A stretch of 63,270 bases of DNA, counting the filler, from Octopus bimaculoides (taxonomy: Eukaryota), in NCBI RefSeq assembly GCF_001194135.2. It is 6 parts of 5 records of this genome, joined end to end, with 100 filler letters (N's around TTAATTAATTAA, not from the genome) between each part and the next. Parts side by side here need not be neighbours in the genome. Positions count along the whole stretch, not along the records: positions 1 to 24,231 come from NC_068987.1; positions 24,332 to 28,700 come from NC_068991.1; 4 more parts are not named here. One strand, written 5' to 3'. The stretch's first letter is position 1; every line of letters begins with the position of its first letter. The notes under the pieces were generated by a model. The model made no database searches and was not told the DNA's origin. It saw nothing but the letters and a program-made list of their open reading frames with translations. Of the stretch, positions 14,206 through 26,833 are shown one piece after another. The position numbers and the translations under genes were made by a program.

Positions 14206-15317
14206 NNNNNNNNNNNNNNNNNNNNNNNNNNNNNNNNNNNNNNNNNNNNNNNNNNNNNNNNNNNNNNNNNNNNNNNNNNNNNNNNNNNNNNNNNNNNNNN
14301 NNNNNNNNNNNNNNNNNNNNNNNNNNNNNNNNNNNNNNNNNNNNNNNNNNNNNNNNNNNNNNNNNNNNNNNNNNNNNNNNNNNNNNNNNNNNNNNNNNNN
14401 NNNNNNNNNNNNNNNNNNNNNNNNNNNNNNNNNNNNNNNNNNNNNNNNNNNNNNNNNNNNNNNNNNNNNNNNNNNNNNNNNNNNNNNNNNNNNNNNNNNN
14501 NNNNNNNNNNNNNNNNNNNNNNNNNNNNNNNNNNNNNNNNNNNNNNNNNNNNNNNNNNNNNNNNNNNNNNNNNNNNNNNNNNNNNNNNNNNNNNNNNNNN
14601 NNNNNNNNNNNNNNNNNNNNNNNNNNNNNNNNNNNNNNNNNNNNNNNNNNNNNNNNNNNNNNNNNNNNNNNNNNNNNNNNNNNNNNNNNNNNNNNNNNNN
14701 NNNNNNNNNNNNNNNNNNNNNNNNNNNNNNNNNNNNNNNNNNNNNNNNNNNNNNNNNNNNNNNNNNNNNNNNNNNNNNNNNNNNNNNNNNNNNNNNNNNN
14801 NNNNNNNNNNNNNNNNNNNNGCAGCAGATATAAAAAGGGGAACTTGACATGACGATCAGTCGGACGCTGACACTCGTTGATGCTGCATCGAAGAGGCCAG
14901 GGAATAGAAGAAAGAAGACATACACCCAACACCAGAGCTGAAGACACCTCTGAAAGGGGGTGGCCCCGCCACGTCAAAACGGTAGAGGAGTAGGGGCCGA
15001 AACCGGACGTGGTTCCTCCTGATGATGTCTTGAGCTAACTGGATCCTATAAAGGAGCTGTTGTGGTAGCAGACCACGAAACATGGTTGAAATTCCTTCCT
15101 ATTATCTTCCCTCGATGAAGAGGTGACATCTAATATTTCGCCTGAAGGAGAATTATTTCCAAATTGATATAGTAATGTTATATAGTGTTTTATCATGTTT
15201 GTTTGTCTGTGAAAAGGAAGACTAAATTGATTGTTATATTGTTCTATATTTAAGAGATGAGGAATTATGTACATTATTTACATTTGATGGATATTCATCC
15301 TCATCTTATGTGTTGTT

Positions 15318-15363
15318 AACACAACGTTTCGGCTCATATACCCACCAGCCTTCTTCAGATGTC
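15318..15363 (-). ncRNA. Candidate minimal type I hammerhead ribozyme (core intact)
   Basis: Minus strand: gacat CTGAAGA a GGCT ggtgggtatatg AGCC GAAAC GTT gtgtt. Stem I is gacat/gtgtt (5 bp with G.U), stem II is GGCT/AGCC, and stem III is the palindromic AC-GT type seen in Penelope hammerheads. Confidence 0.6.
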
Positions 15364-15651
15364 TTGGGGAAATTTCAAACCTGGCTTCTCATTCCTAAGG
15401 TATTTTTTCGATGTTCTCATTATTATTCAGATCACTGCTTGGAATCGAACTCGGTATCTTGGGGTTAGTAGCCCGCGCTCTTAGCCACTACTCCATATGC
15501 CCACGGGCATATGGCGTAGTAGTTAAGAGCGCGGGCTACTAAGCCCAAGATACCGAGTTCGATTCGAGGCAGTGACCTGAATAATAAGAACAACAACAAC
15601 AACATAAAAAAATACCTTAGTAATGAGAACCCAGGTTCGAAATTTCCCCAA

Positions 15652-15697
15652 GACACCTGATGAAAGCTGGAGGCTATATCAGCTGAAATGCTGTGTT
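15652..15697 (+). ncRNA. Degenerate hammerhead motif in the right arm
   Basis: gacac CTGATGA a AGCTG gaggctatat CAGCT GAAAT GCT gtgtt. Stems I and II are intact, but GAAACGTT has become GAAATGCT, so the NUH site is lost. Confidence 0.5.
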
Positions 15698-16189
15698 AAC
15701 AACAAGCAAGATGAGGATGAATATCTATCAAATGTAAATAATGTGCATAATTCCTCATCTCTTAAATATAGAACAATACAACAATCAATTTAGCAATGCA
15801 TGAGTTTTATTCGGTCGCCGATTCGCTGCGCCATACCGCTTGAAGAAGGACTTTGTAATAATGCTGGATGTTAAAACACCTGAAAGTCATCGACAGGTGA
15901 GACAACTCGGAAACTGATATTTCACCATTTTTGTGACTTATCAACATCACGTACCTGAATCGAAACGAGGACAAATCGAATCACCAGCCATTAACTAAAT
16001 ATAAATAGCGCAAAAAGAATTTGCTGGTGTGCCGCGGCGATAAATACGTAACATTAAATTCAATAACGAGTTAAAAGCAGCGCTAGTGTTGCAAACGTCA
16101 TCGACTGCGCATACTCAATAGACGTGTTTTGTTTTTTCTCCTATTCGCTGCCTTATAGCGCTTGGGAGTTTTATCATTATTATTAGAAG

Positions 16190-16690
16190 GAGTTGAGTTC
16201 AAATTCTGCTGAGGTTGACTCTGTCGTTCATCCTTTTAGATCGATAAAATAAGTACTAGTGAAACACTGCGGTCGATGTAATCGATTAATCCCCTCGCCA
16301 TAAATTTCAGGCCTTGTGTCTTTAGTAGAAATGACTGTTAAGAGTAGTAGTATTATACTGCTGTTCACCTAAATTACAAAACTTCATAATAATGAATGTG
16401 TGTGTATAGTTATTTGGATAAAAGTAAAGCTAGTGTGGGTTAGCTCTATTTACCATGACATACTGATGTTTACGTACATTCCGAACCTTGTAATAGAATG
16501 AGTGTCGCATTAATCATGGGTTTCAAATTTTGGCACAAGGCCAGCAGTTTCGGGGGGGGGGACCCATTACATTGACCTCAGCGCTCAACTGGCATTTATT
16601 TTATCGACCGCAAAAGGAAGAAAGGCAAAGTCGGCCTCGGTGGAATTTGAACTCAGAGTGCAAAGATGGGTGAAATGCCGCTTAGCAATG
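16190..16690. mobile_element. Two decayed Meta-like SINEs in opposite orientation
   Basis: Core on + at ~16195-16330 and on - at ~16520-16690. Confidence 0.75.
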
Positions 16691-17239
16691 AACGTAAAAT
16701 GAAAAACAATGAACGTAAAATGAAAAACAATGGACGTAAAATGAAGTACAAAGAGGAAGAACGAACAGGAAAGATGTTTTTATGTTTTTAAAAAGAAATC
16801 TATCATTTAATTCATCCTACCAAATCTACCAACTCGCTGTCTTTACAACCTCAAAAATCGTCTATTAATTATTAGCCAATTAATTGTTTTCATTTTAAAC
16901 TCAGAGATTAAGGTGAGAAAGATAAAAGAAAAGAAAAAGAAATAATACTCCCTCGTGGCTTTAGAAATAGGTGAAAGAAATTTTTATGGCTCTAATTCGT
17001 TTTCATTTTGAGCTCCAAAAAAAGCAGATAGCTCAAGCTTGAATTCAAGTGTATTCGAAAAGTTTCCCATCGTTCACCTTGTCTGTTTAGCATCCGTCAT
17101 ACTTCGGGAGTGTGTCCGTACAAAAAAGCAAGAGTTGTTTTTTATAGCAGAAACAGTATAAGCTCATCAAGTTGTAGATGATTACATAATTCCACGTCCG
17201 TCATTTATCATTTAATATCACGCGTTCTATTAAGGCGGC

Positions 17240-17655
17240 GAGCTGGCAGAAACGTTAGCACGCCGGGCGAAATGCTTAGTGGTATTTAGTCTGTCGTTAC
17301 GTTTTGAGTTCAAATTCCGCCGAGGTCGACTTTGCTTTTCATTCTTTCGGGGTCGATAAATTAAGTACCAGTTACGCACTGGGGTCAATGTAATCGACTT
17401 AATCCCTTTGTCTGTCCTTGTTTTTCTCCTCTATGTTTAGCCCTTTGTGAGTAATAAGGAAATAAGAAACGTTAGCCCGCCGGGCGGAATGCTTAGCGGT
17501 ATTTTGTCTGTCTTTACGTTCTGAATTCAATTTCCGCCGAGGTCGACTTTGCCTTTCATCCTTTTGGGGTCGATAAATTAAGTACCCGTTGTGTACTGGG
17601 GTCGATCTAATCGACTGGCCCTCTCCCCGAAAAAGCATTTCTGGTCTTTTGCCTA
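17240..17655 (+). mobile_element. Two tandem Meta-like SINE copies
   Basis: ggcggcgagctggcagaaacgttagc head; the core is repeated at ~17320 and ~17530. Confidence 0.85.
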
Positions 17656-18599
17656 GAGTAAAAACGAATATCACGCCCTCTATTCGTCTGTTTTACTCTA
17701 CAGCACTAGTGTACTGAATTCTCACAAATGGTTATGAATATCGTTCTGCCTAAACAAAATCAAAACATACCAAAAAGGTGGAGGAGTTTACTACAGATGG
17801 TCTGCTGCTATTTCTGGACCAACTTCAATGAATGCATAAAACGAGCAGCGTCGTCGATATTTGAACTCAGAACGTCGCGACGGGCGAAATACCGCTACGG
17901 TGTGTTAACGATTCTACTAGTTCGCTGTCTTTACATTTATAGCCAAAATGGCGTTCGCAAAGGCTACAACTCTGAGAAGTAGGTTCGTTATTGAGGGATA
18001 GAATTCGATAACGATGAAACTGGTAAACGTAAGCGCTGCTTACCGTTTATGTTACTGTTCCATTCTGTAACAGGACATTGTCACAAAAGAGAACAGTGAT
18101 ATTTATTTACTAGCTGGCCTCGTACCGTCAAAATGACGGCTAATTGTAGTATTTTATATATAAATATGGATGGTAAATCAAATTCATACATTTGTCAATG
18201 TTCACATGCATTCATATACTTCGCTTGTACATTGCATTCACATACACACACACATTCTCACAGAGTTGAAACGCTGTTTGATTTTTTTCTTTTCAGCGTT
18301 GAATATTCAGTTTGAGCTAGCTTTGCATAATAAGTGTACATATCAAACAATATTTATTAAACAGGCACGCGCGCGCGCACACATACACACACACATACAC
18401 ACACACAAATACACAGATTCTTCACCAGTTTACACACCAAACATTAAACACATATATTTGCTTCTCCACTTTTTAAGTCGCAGTTTGTCACCACCCCTTC
18501 CTTTCTCCTTCATAGTCGATTACATCAACCCAAGAGCATAACTGGTACTTAGGAGACATGTATAATGTAAAGTAATGTAAAGAGGAACGCGGAAGGATG

Positions 18600-18820
18600 C
18601 ATAACCTTTTCTACTAAAGGCACAAGACCGGAAATTTGTGAGGAGGAGACTAGTCGATTTCATCGACCCCAGTGCGCAACTGCTACTTATTTAATCGATC
18701 ACGAAAGGATGAAAGGCAAAGTTGACCGCGGAGGAATTTAAACTCAGAACGTAGCGGTAGACGAAATACCGCTAAGCATTTCGCCCGGTGTGCTAACGTT
18801 TCCGCCAGCTCACCCCCTTA
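18600..18820 (-). mobile_element. Meta-like SINE
   Basis: Family core and tRNA-like head. Confidence 0.8.
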
Positions 18821-19608
18821 GGAAGGATTTATAATGTAAAATAAAGGCACGAAAAGGAGTTGTGTCAATCGAGGATTGCAGATGAGGGTGAGGACAAAGT
18901 AATAAGCAATGAATATAACCAACATTTGTTGACGTATTCTTTAAGAATAATATACTTGAAACAGTAAAATTAGTTTAAAATTTACGTTAACGAATCCCAT
19001 TTCCAGCTCAGAACAAAATAATCTAACTATTGTTTATTTATAATTAAATATGTCAGACAAAAACAGCTAGACATTAATGTAGTTATATAAATATTTAATG
19101 ATTATTTGTATTAAGAGATATATGAAGTAGAAACTATGAGAAGAAAAGTTACTGCAGCTGTCAAAATGTCTCGCTTAAGGTCAAGGAGCAGCGCTCCGCG
19201 ACTCTTTGAAACTATGACATATTTTAGCAAAGTCTAAAGGCGTCATAAAAATTGATATAGCTGAGTTCAATTTATTATTAAATTAAAATAAATATTTCGA
19301 AATTTTGCAATAAAAAAAAACTATGAGCGCAAAATGAAGCAAAAAGAGGAAGAACGAACAGGAAAGACGGTTTTTATGTTTTTAGAAAGATATCTATCAT
19401 TTAATTCATAAGATTTCACACACTTTTGTCCGTTAATATGAATAACGAACGTTTCGACTGAATGCGATGACAACTTAATTTCTGCCTTTCAACATTTAGG
19501 AAGATCAGTTCAAAGTTTTTGCTTTGAGTTAGCTTTGCATAATAAGTGTACATATCGAACAATATCTATTAAACATGCACGCACACACACATACACGCAC
19601 ATACACAT

Positions 19609-19639
<31 letters not shown>

Positions 19640-19778
19640 TGCACAGACTCTTCACCAGTCCACACACCAAACATTAAATACATCTATTTGCTTCTCCACT
19701 TTTTAAGTACTATGTACATGATCTACTCCCCAATGAAAACGATAAAATATGATTTCGTTTAGATACAAACCAACTCAG

Positions 19779-19831
<53 letters not shown>

Positions 19832-21029
19832 TACATATATGCATAAATTTTTGTGTGTATACACACATAGACATATATATANNNNNNNNNNNNNNNNNNN
19901 NNNNNNNNNNNNNNNNNNNNNNNNNNNNNNNNNNNNNNNNNNNNNNNNNNNNNNNNNNNNNNNNNNNNNNNNNNNNNNNNNNNNNNNNNNNNNNNNNNNN
20001 NNNNNNNNNNNNNNNNNNNNNNNNNNNNNNNNNNNNNNNNNNNNNNNNNNNNNNNNNNNNNNNNNNNNNNNNNNNNNNNNNNNNNNNNNNNNNNNNNNNN
20101 NNNNNNNNNNNNNNNNNNNNNNNNNNNNNNNNNNNNNNNNNNNNNNNNNNNNNNNNNNNNNNNNNNNNNNNNNNNNNNNNNNNNNNNNNNNNNNNNNNNN
20201 NNNNNNNNNNNNNNNNNNNNNNNNNNNNNNNNNNNNNNNNNNNNNNNNNNNNNNNNNNNNNNNNNNNNNNNNNNNNNNNNNNNNNNNNNNNNNNNNNNNN
20301 NNNNNNNNNNNNNNNNNNNNNNNNNNNNNNNNNNNNNNNNNNNNNNNNNNNNNNNNNNNNNNNNNNNNNNNNNNNNNNNNNNNNNNNNNNNNNNNNNNNN
20401 NNNNNNNNNNNNNNNNNNNNNNNNNNNNNNNNNNNNNNNNNNNNNNNNNNNNNNNNNNNNNNNNNNNNNNNNNNNNNNNNNNNNNNNNNNNNNNNNNNNN
20501 NNNNNNNNNNNNNNNNNNNNNNNNNNNNNNNNNNNNNNNNNNNNNNNNNNNNNNNNNNNNNNNNNNNNNNNNNNNNNNNNNNNNNNNNNNNNNNNNNNNN
20601 NNNNNNNNNNNNNNNNNNNNNNNNNNNNNNNNNNNNNNNNNNNNNNNNNNNNNNNNNNNNNNNNNNNNNNNNNNNNNNNNNNNNNNNNNNNNNNNNNNNN
20701 NNNNNNNNNNNNNNNNNNNNNNNNNNNNNNNNNNNNNNNNNNNNNNNNNNNNNNNNNNNNNNNNNNNNNNNNNNNNNNNNNNNNNNNNNNNNNNNNNNNN
20801 NNNNNNNNNNNNNNNNNNNNNNNNNNNNNNNNNNNNTATATATATATATATATATATATATCGTACGTTTTTTTTTACTCACCTATCATCCAAGTACATC
20901 ACAAAATAAACATGCGCTGATGTTTCTGAATATTGAATGATGGAAATTACATCCGCATCACCTTGAATAGAACCGTTCGGTGTTTATGATGGTAAAGATA
21001 AAGGCAACTTGTGAATTATCTGCCTATAC

Positions 21030-21880
21030 TACATTTTTCTTCTTCAGCCATATGTCTATATCTTTTCTTACTCTGCCCAACGCACCAATTATTATAGACA
21101 CGATCTTTACTGTTCTCATGATCCAAATTCTTCCTATTTCAAATCTTAAAGGATTTTTTTTCATCCTCTTTCTTTACGATCCTGGAATCAAATGAGCATT
21201 GTGTATCGATCAGTAAGCAACTTCACCTTTCCATATCTATAATTGCTATGTCCGGTCTATTAATTTCTAACTCCTTGTCCGTTTGAACAGGAAAGTCCCA
21301 CAAAATCCTACACTTCTCCGATTCCAGTACTTTTTCGACTCGGTGATTGTACCATTTGTTTCCAACTTCAAATTCCCATTTCTGGCACAGTTTCCAGTGT
21401 AAAACTTTTACAGTCTGGTCGTGCCTCCATTTCTTATATTCTTCCCGTGCCAACTTGGGGCATCCTGCCATGATATGTACCACTGTCGCGTTCCAGGTTC
21501 CACAGACTCTGCATTTTTCTGACACATTCTCTTCATATATATTTTTTCTCAACTTGTTTGCTTTTATCGCTTAATCTTGGGTTGCTACAATTAGGCTCTC
21601 TGTATCTTTTTTTAATTGCCCCTTTTTTAACCAAGCCCAACATTTTGCCCCACATACATCTTCAGTGCCTCTCCAAAATTGACCATGCAGAGCTTTCTCT
21701 TCTATCTGTCTTAAGGGAATTCTTTGTATTTCATTCTTGTCTTTTTCTCCTATTACGCATTTCATCACCTGTTCTTTATTTATTCTCTTTAAGTAGCTTT
21801 TTTTCTTTTTTTCTGCTGCTCTGTAAATACTCTACTAGGCTGTTTCTTTCCATCTGTACACAGTCTTCTACTGCTATTAA
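21030..21880 (-). mobile_element. R4/Dong-clade non-LTR retrotransposon 3' fragment (zinc knuckle and restriction-like endonuclease)
   Basis: Frameshifted LIAVEDCVQMERNSL..LHGQF..W.WLKKGQLKKDTESLIVATQD, CRVCG..VVHIMAGCPKLA..RHD..LHW..ILWDFPVQTD..RPDI, IIIGALG. Confidence 0.88.
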
Positions 21881-21914
21881 ATTATTGTTGTTGTTGCTTT
21901 TGTTGTTGTTCATA

Positions 21915-22140
21915 TGCACTCAACAGATTACACTGCTGGAAAAGAAAAGAATCTTAACTTCGGGCTACAAGTAACCTTAGATGCCAAGAAACCTCCTAAG
22001 TATCCTAGCTCTCCCTAATAACACTGTTTTCTGCAGCTGTACTAAACTGGGTTTCCTGCCTATTTCCTCTATCCAGATGTTCAGATCTTTAGGGACAGTT
22101 CCCAATGCACCTTATAACTACTGGGATACATTTTACCCGC
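21915..22140 (-). mobile_element. Second R4/Dong-type 3' end directly upstream of the first
   Basis: VKCIPVVI/GALGTVPKDLNIWIEEIG..LQKTVF/LGRARILRRFLGI* followed by a short UTR and (CAA)n. Confidence 0.8.
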
Positions 22141-22180
22141 ACTATCTATAGTCTCTGTTATACTTTGCTATTTTATTCTC

Positions 22181-22219
<39 letters not shown>

Positions 22220-24332
22220 TACTACTATTTGTCAATTGATTAACCATTCGACCAATTAACTAATCGGTTGTCTGATTAATTATTCGGTTATTTAATCAAT
22301 CAGGCTTGTCAACGACCTCCTCTGCAACATTTTTTGCACGACCTCCTCCGTAGCATATCTTCTCTACTTCCGGGCCTGTTTAGGTCTGTCTGTTTCAGAC
22401 AAACCTGAAATAAACAGATCAAAAGAAGACATACTTGAAGCAGGCCTCAAGTAATTTTATGAAATCTTTCAACATAGTAACACTACTTTCTTCTCTTACA
22501 GTTATTACTTCAATAATTTCTTACTACAAATAATCATTATATATTTAAATAACAATCTTAATCTCCAGCTGTTTTTTATTCTCATTCTTTTTTTTTTTAA
22601 TTATAAAAACACTCTGTAACATATTTTTAACTTTTCGCAACAAATAGAATTGGCTAATTTAAATTTCAAATTAATTCCAAATTAATTAATAAATTGAACT
22701 TTATTCACCGGATACATAAACAATTTCTGCTCATATTCGTTCGTCTCCCTCGTTTTCTCCTTTTCTATCCTTCTCTATCTTTCTCTCTCTCTCTCTGTCT
22801 CTCCACTTTTCTCAGTTCCTTTGTTTTACACTATCGCTCCTACTCCAACCTAATTAAAGCCTCCCTCCCACCTCGTCTATAGATTACACGATACTCATAC
22901 CACTACTTATTCTCGCCTCTCTTCCTGCTAAAATTTTTATGCGTTTGTCTGTTTAGTTACTTAATAGATTATACTGTACAATTTACTCACGTCTATGAAC
23001 GTCTTGCTCGAAGTGGGAAAACGGCTTATGTTACGTAAGATATCGTTCTGAATTGAAGTAATTATAGCTTGCTTTCTAACGATATTGAATCCTTTTAAAA
23101 ATTGCGGACTGCTTTTCATTTGATTATATTCATCTAATAACTATTATGTATATGTGTGTGTGTGTGAGTATATACGAGTAGTGCTTGTGTATGTATGTAG
23201 GTTTTCGTTACATTTTGCTGTTTTAAAGCATCTTATGAAACAGTTAATAAAATATATGTTCCAAATGTTAAAAGACCAAGGATTACCTTTGGGGTGGAGT
23301 TTGGAATAATAACTAAAAACACTCGAATGAAGAATAGCTACAAAAATTGGAAAATCAGCTTATTAAAACCTGAAGCGTTTTTATTTATTTACTTATTTAT
23401 TTTATTTTTTGCTTTAGTTTTGTTATTTCTGTATTTATTAGTTTTTGTTTATTCACTAGTTCTGTCTGAATTCTTTTGTTCAAGAAATCGATTCCTTTCC
23501 ATTTCTTCATTCCATTTTTTTTTCCCAGCGGCAATAACTGTCTGAAAGTTTTAACACAAAATGACTATTATATAATTTAATGTCAGGCTTTTCTACTTGT
23601 CTTCCTATCAATACTCAATACGCTAGCTGAGAATCTATCTATAAATTTATGTATGTAAACGTCTGCCTATATAACTATATATATATATGTAAGAGGGCGT
23701 TTATGAATGGCGGGGGGGTCTTGTGTGTGATTAAGTTTTTGCCCATAATAGTTTCTTTTTTTTTAATATCGAATATTTAAACACAAAATCGGAGATAAAA
23801 CGAAGAGAGAATGTGCTGTAAAATGTCTGATAAGGTTTTAATAAGTTTTATAATATACTGAATATTAAATTTTCGATTATTTTGTCAGTGTTTTCTTCTT
23901 CTAATTGGTTGGTCATAAATAACTGAAACAGTTATTGATGAATTTTTTGTATGTTCTTTAAGCTTTTCATTATTATTTTTGTCATTAAGTTTACGGTTAA
24001 TGTCTGAAATGCATACAGAGTCTGTTGCATTCATGTATATCTTTCTGTTGGTTTGGGATATGGGTAGTTAGATAAACTCTGTATTTGATATATATGCATA
24101 TAAATTATGTATATAAACAATTTATCACACACATCTTTTTCTAACTTTCTCTTCATCTATCTATCTCTCTTTTTATATGGGTGCAAGAAAGCTGGAATGT
24201 AGTGTATATATATATATATATATATATATATNNNNNNNNNNNNNNNNNNNNNNNNNNNNNNNNNNNNNNNNNNNNTTAATTAATTAANNNNNNNNNNNNN
24301 NNNNNNNNNNNNNNNNNNNNNNNNNNNNNNNA

Positions 24333-24900
24333 GGAGGTGGAGCTTAATGGCGCTTTCGGTAGAGGTTGCCGTAGAGGGTGTAGATTTATTGATGGCAGGA
24401 ATAGCTGAGCTGGCACTGGTTATAATGGTGGCGGTGGTGGTGGTGGTGGTGGTGGTGACGAAGGTAGTGTTGTAAATAGTGGTAGGGGAGGCTGTGGCGT
24501 TGATGGCAGTCTTCATTGTGGTAGCAGTAGTGGTGATACTGCTAATGGTATTGATGTTAAATTCCTGTTGGTGTTAGTCTTGGCGGAATGGTGCTAGTGG
24601 TGGTATATTTGCTATCGGTTGCGGTGGTAGTTAAAGTGGTGGTTGTGATGATGATGGCCGTAGTAGTATCAATTTTAATGACGGTGGTGGTGAAGGTGAT
24701 GGTGATGGTAGTGGTAGTGGTGGAGGTGGTAGTGGTGTTGGTGGGAGGGTACTGATTGTGGTGGTGTCGGTGATAGTAGTGGTGGTGATGGTGATAGTGG
24801 TGGTGGTAATAGGGGTGATGGTGATGGTAGTAGTAGTCGTGGTGGTGATGGTGGTGGTTACACTGCTGGGAACGGTGATTATGATGGTTCCAAATTTAGC
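24333..24900. repeat. Cryptic GGT/AGT/GAT triplet low-complexity tract; similar tracts at 27330-27665, 39225-39355, 45885-46025 and 46760-46915
   Basis: Direct inspection; source of the poly-V/T/S/A ORFs. Confidence 0.85.
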
Positions 24901-25134
24901 CACAAGGGCAGCCATTTTAAGGGAAGTGGATAAGTCGATTACATCGACCCTAGTGTTCAACTGGTACTTATTTTATCGACCCCGATAGGATAAAAGGCAA
25001 AGTCGACTTCGGCGGAATTTGAACTCAGAACGTAGCGACTGGCGAAATACCGCTAAGCATTTCTTTTCTACTTAAGGCACACGGCCTGAAATTTCGGGGG
25101 AGGGGACCAGTCGATTAGATCGACCCCAGTACGT
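24900..25134 (-). mobile_element. Tandem Meta-like SINEs running into a gap
   Basis: Family core at 24935-25060 and a second tail at 25065-25134. Confidence 0.8.
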
Positions 25135-26054
25135 NNNNNNNNNNNNNNNNNNNNNNNNNNNNNNNNNNNNNNNNNNNNNNNNNNNNNNNNNNNNNNNNNN
25201 NNNNNNNNNNNNNNNNNNNNNNNNNNNNNNNNNNNNNNNNNNNNNNNNNNNNNNNNNNNNNNNNNNNNNNNNNNNNNNNNNNNNNNNNNNNNNNNNNNNN
25301 NNNNNNNNNNNNNNNNNNNNNNNNNNNNNNNNNNNNNNNNNNNNNNNNNNNNNNNNNNNNNNNNNNNNNNNNNNNNNNNNNNNNNNNNNNNNNNNNNNNN
25401 NNNNNNNNNNNNNNNNNNNNNNNNNNNNNNNNNNNNNNNNNNNNNNNNNNNNNNNNNNNNNNNNNNNNNNNNNNNNNNNNNNNNNNNNNNNNNNNNNNNN
25501 NNNNNNNNNNNNNNNNNNNNNNNNNNNNNNNNNNNNNNNNNNNNNNNNNNNNNNNNNNNNNNNNNNNNNNNNNNNNNNNNNNNNNNNNNNNNNNNNNNNN
25601 NNNNNNNNNNNNNNNNNNNNNNNNNNNNNNNNNNNNNNNNNNNNNNNNNNNNNNNNNNNNNNNNNNNNNNNNNNNNNNNNNNNNNNNNNNNNNNNNNNNN
25701 NNNNNNNNNNNNNNNNNNNNNNNNNNNNNNNNNNNNNNNNNNNNNNNNNNNNNNNNNNNNNNNNNNNNNNNNNNNNNNNNNNNNNNNNNNNNNNNNNNNN
25801 NNNNNNNNNNNNNNNNNNNNNNNNNNNNNNNNNNNNNNNNNNNNNNNNNNNNNNNNNNNNNNNNNNNNNNNNNNNNNNNNNNNNNNNNNNNNNNNNNNNN
25901 NNNNNNNNNNNNNNNNNNNNNNNNNNNNNNNNNNNNNNNNNNNNNNNNNNNNNNNNNNNNNNNNNNNNNNNNNNNNNNNNNNNNNNNNNNNNNNNNNNNN
26001 NNNNNNNNNNNNNNNNNNNNNNNNNNNNNNNNNNNNNNNNNNNNNNNNNNNNNN

Positions 26055-26093
<39 letters not shown>

Positions 26094-26762
26094 CTAGTAC
26101 CCGTTATCTACTTGTCTCTCGAAATCAGGATTGTATTTGTCTTAAGTGACAATCGTGTCAGTTTTTGCACAAGAAAAATATTAGAGAAAGGCCAAGCTGG
26201 TTATTGGTTTCTCCAGTGTTTCCAAAATTATTTACCTCCCATTCTCTTCCTCCTCCTCTCTCGCTCTCTCACTCTTTCTATCCCATCAAGGGTCAATAAT
26301 ATACTGCCAGTAATGTAAAGTCTTCATTCACCCGACTATACCCTCTAGCGCAACAAAATGTGTCTTGTCTCTCCACTCAAAAGAAATCATTATCGGATTT
26401 TTTGTTTAGTTTATTTTATTCTGCATTGAATAGCCATACAGATTGTTATTTAATTATTATATCTATCTGTGTGACGACACTGCGGGGAGCTGCAAGCTCT
26501 ACTGGCACTGTACAGACGGCAAGCAGTGGGATATAACAGTAAAAGTTCTCGGCGAATTATAACCGTGACCGAGTTTCTCTATTTTGAGGCTAAAGAAATG
26601 GCTTCACGTACTGCGTTAAAGACCTGCGGCATTGTGCACAAATACTGCACTTTCTTTCTGGTGTGGAATGATGGGTCTGGGAGAACTTCCATTCAGTAAC
26701 ATAGCTCAGGGCGTAGAGAAACGATATAATGTAACGAAGTCACAAATTCTAATTCCCCACAA

Positions 26763-26833
<71 letters not shown>

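Larger units (their letters stand above)
15222..15793. mobile_element. Palindromic element: two head-to-head tRNA-derived SINE arms, each with a Penelope-type hammerhead motif
   Basis: Arms 15222-~15502 (-) and ~15505-15793 (+) are reverse complements around the centre ccatatgccc-ac-gggcatatgg. Each has A-box (tggcgtagtag / tggagtagtgg) and B-box (agttcgattc) motifs, then an AAT/AAC tract, then CTGA(T/A)GA...GAAA. Confidence 0.85.

Noticed and set aside
15505-15580. tRNA gene-like sequence (also other SINE heads)
   Set aside because: A and B boxes are present, but the acceptor and T stems do not pair and the head continues into SINE bodies. These are not functional tRNA genes.
26467-26560. 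CDDTAGSCKLYWHCTDGKQW resembling a chitin-binding (CBM14) fragment
   Set aside because: There is no acceptor, the remaining cysteines are absent, and a stop follows soon. Probably chance.
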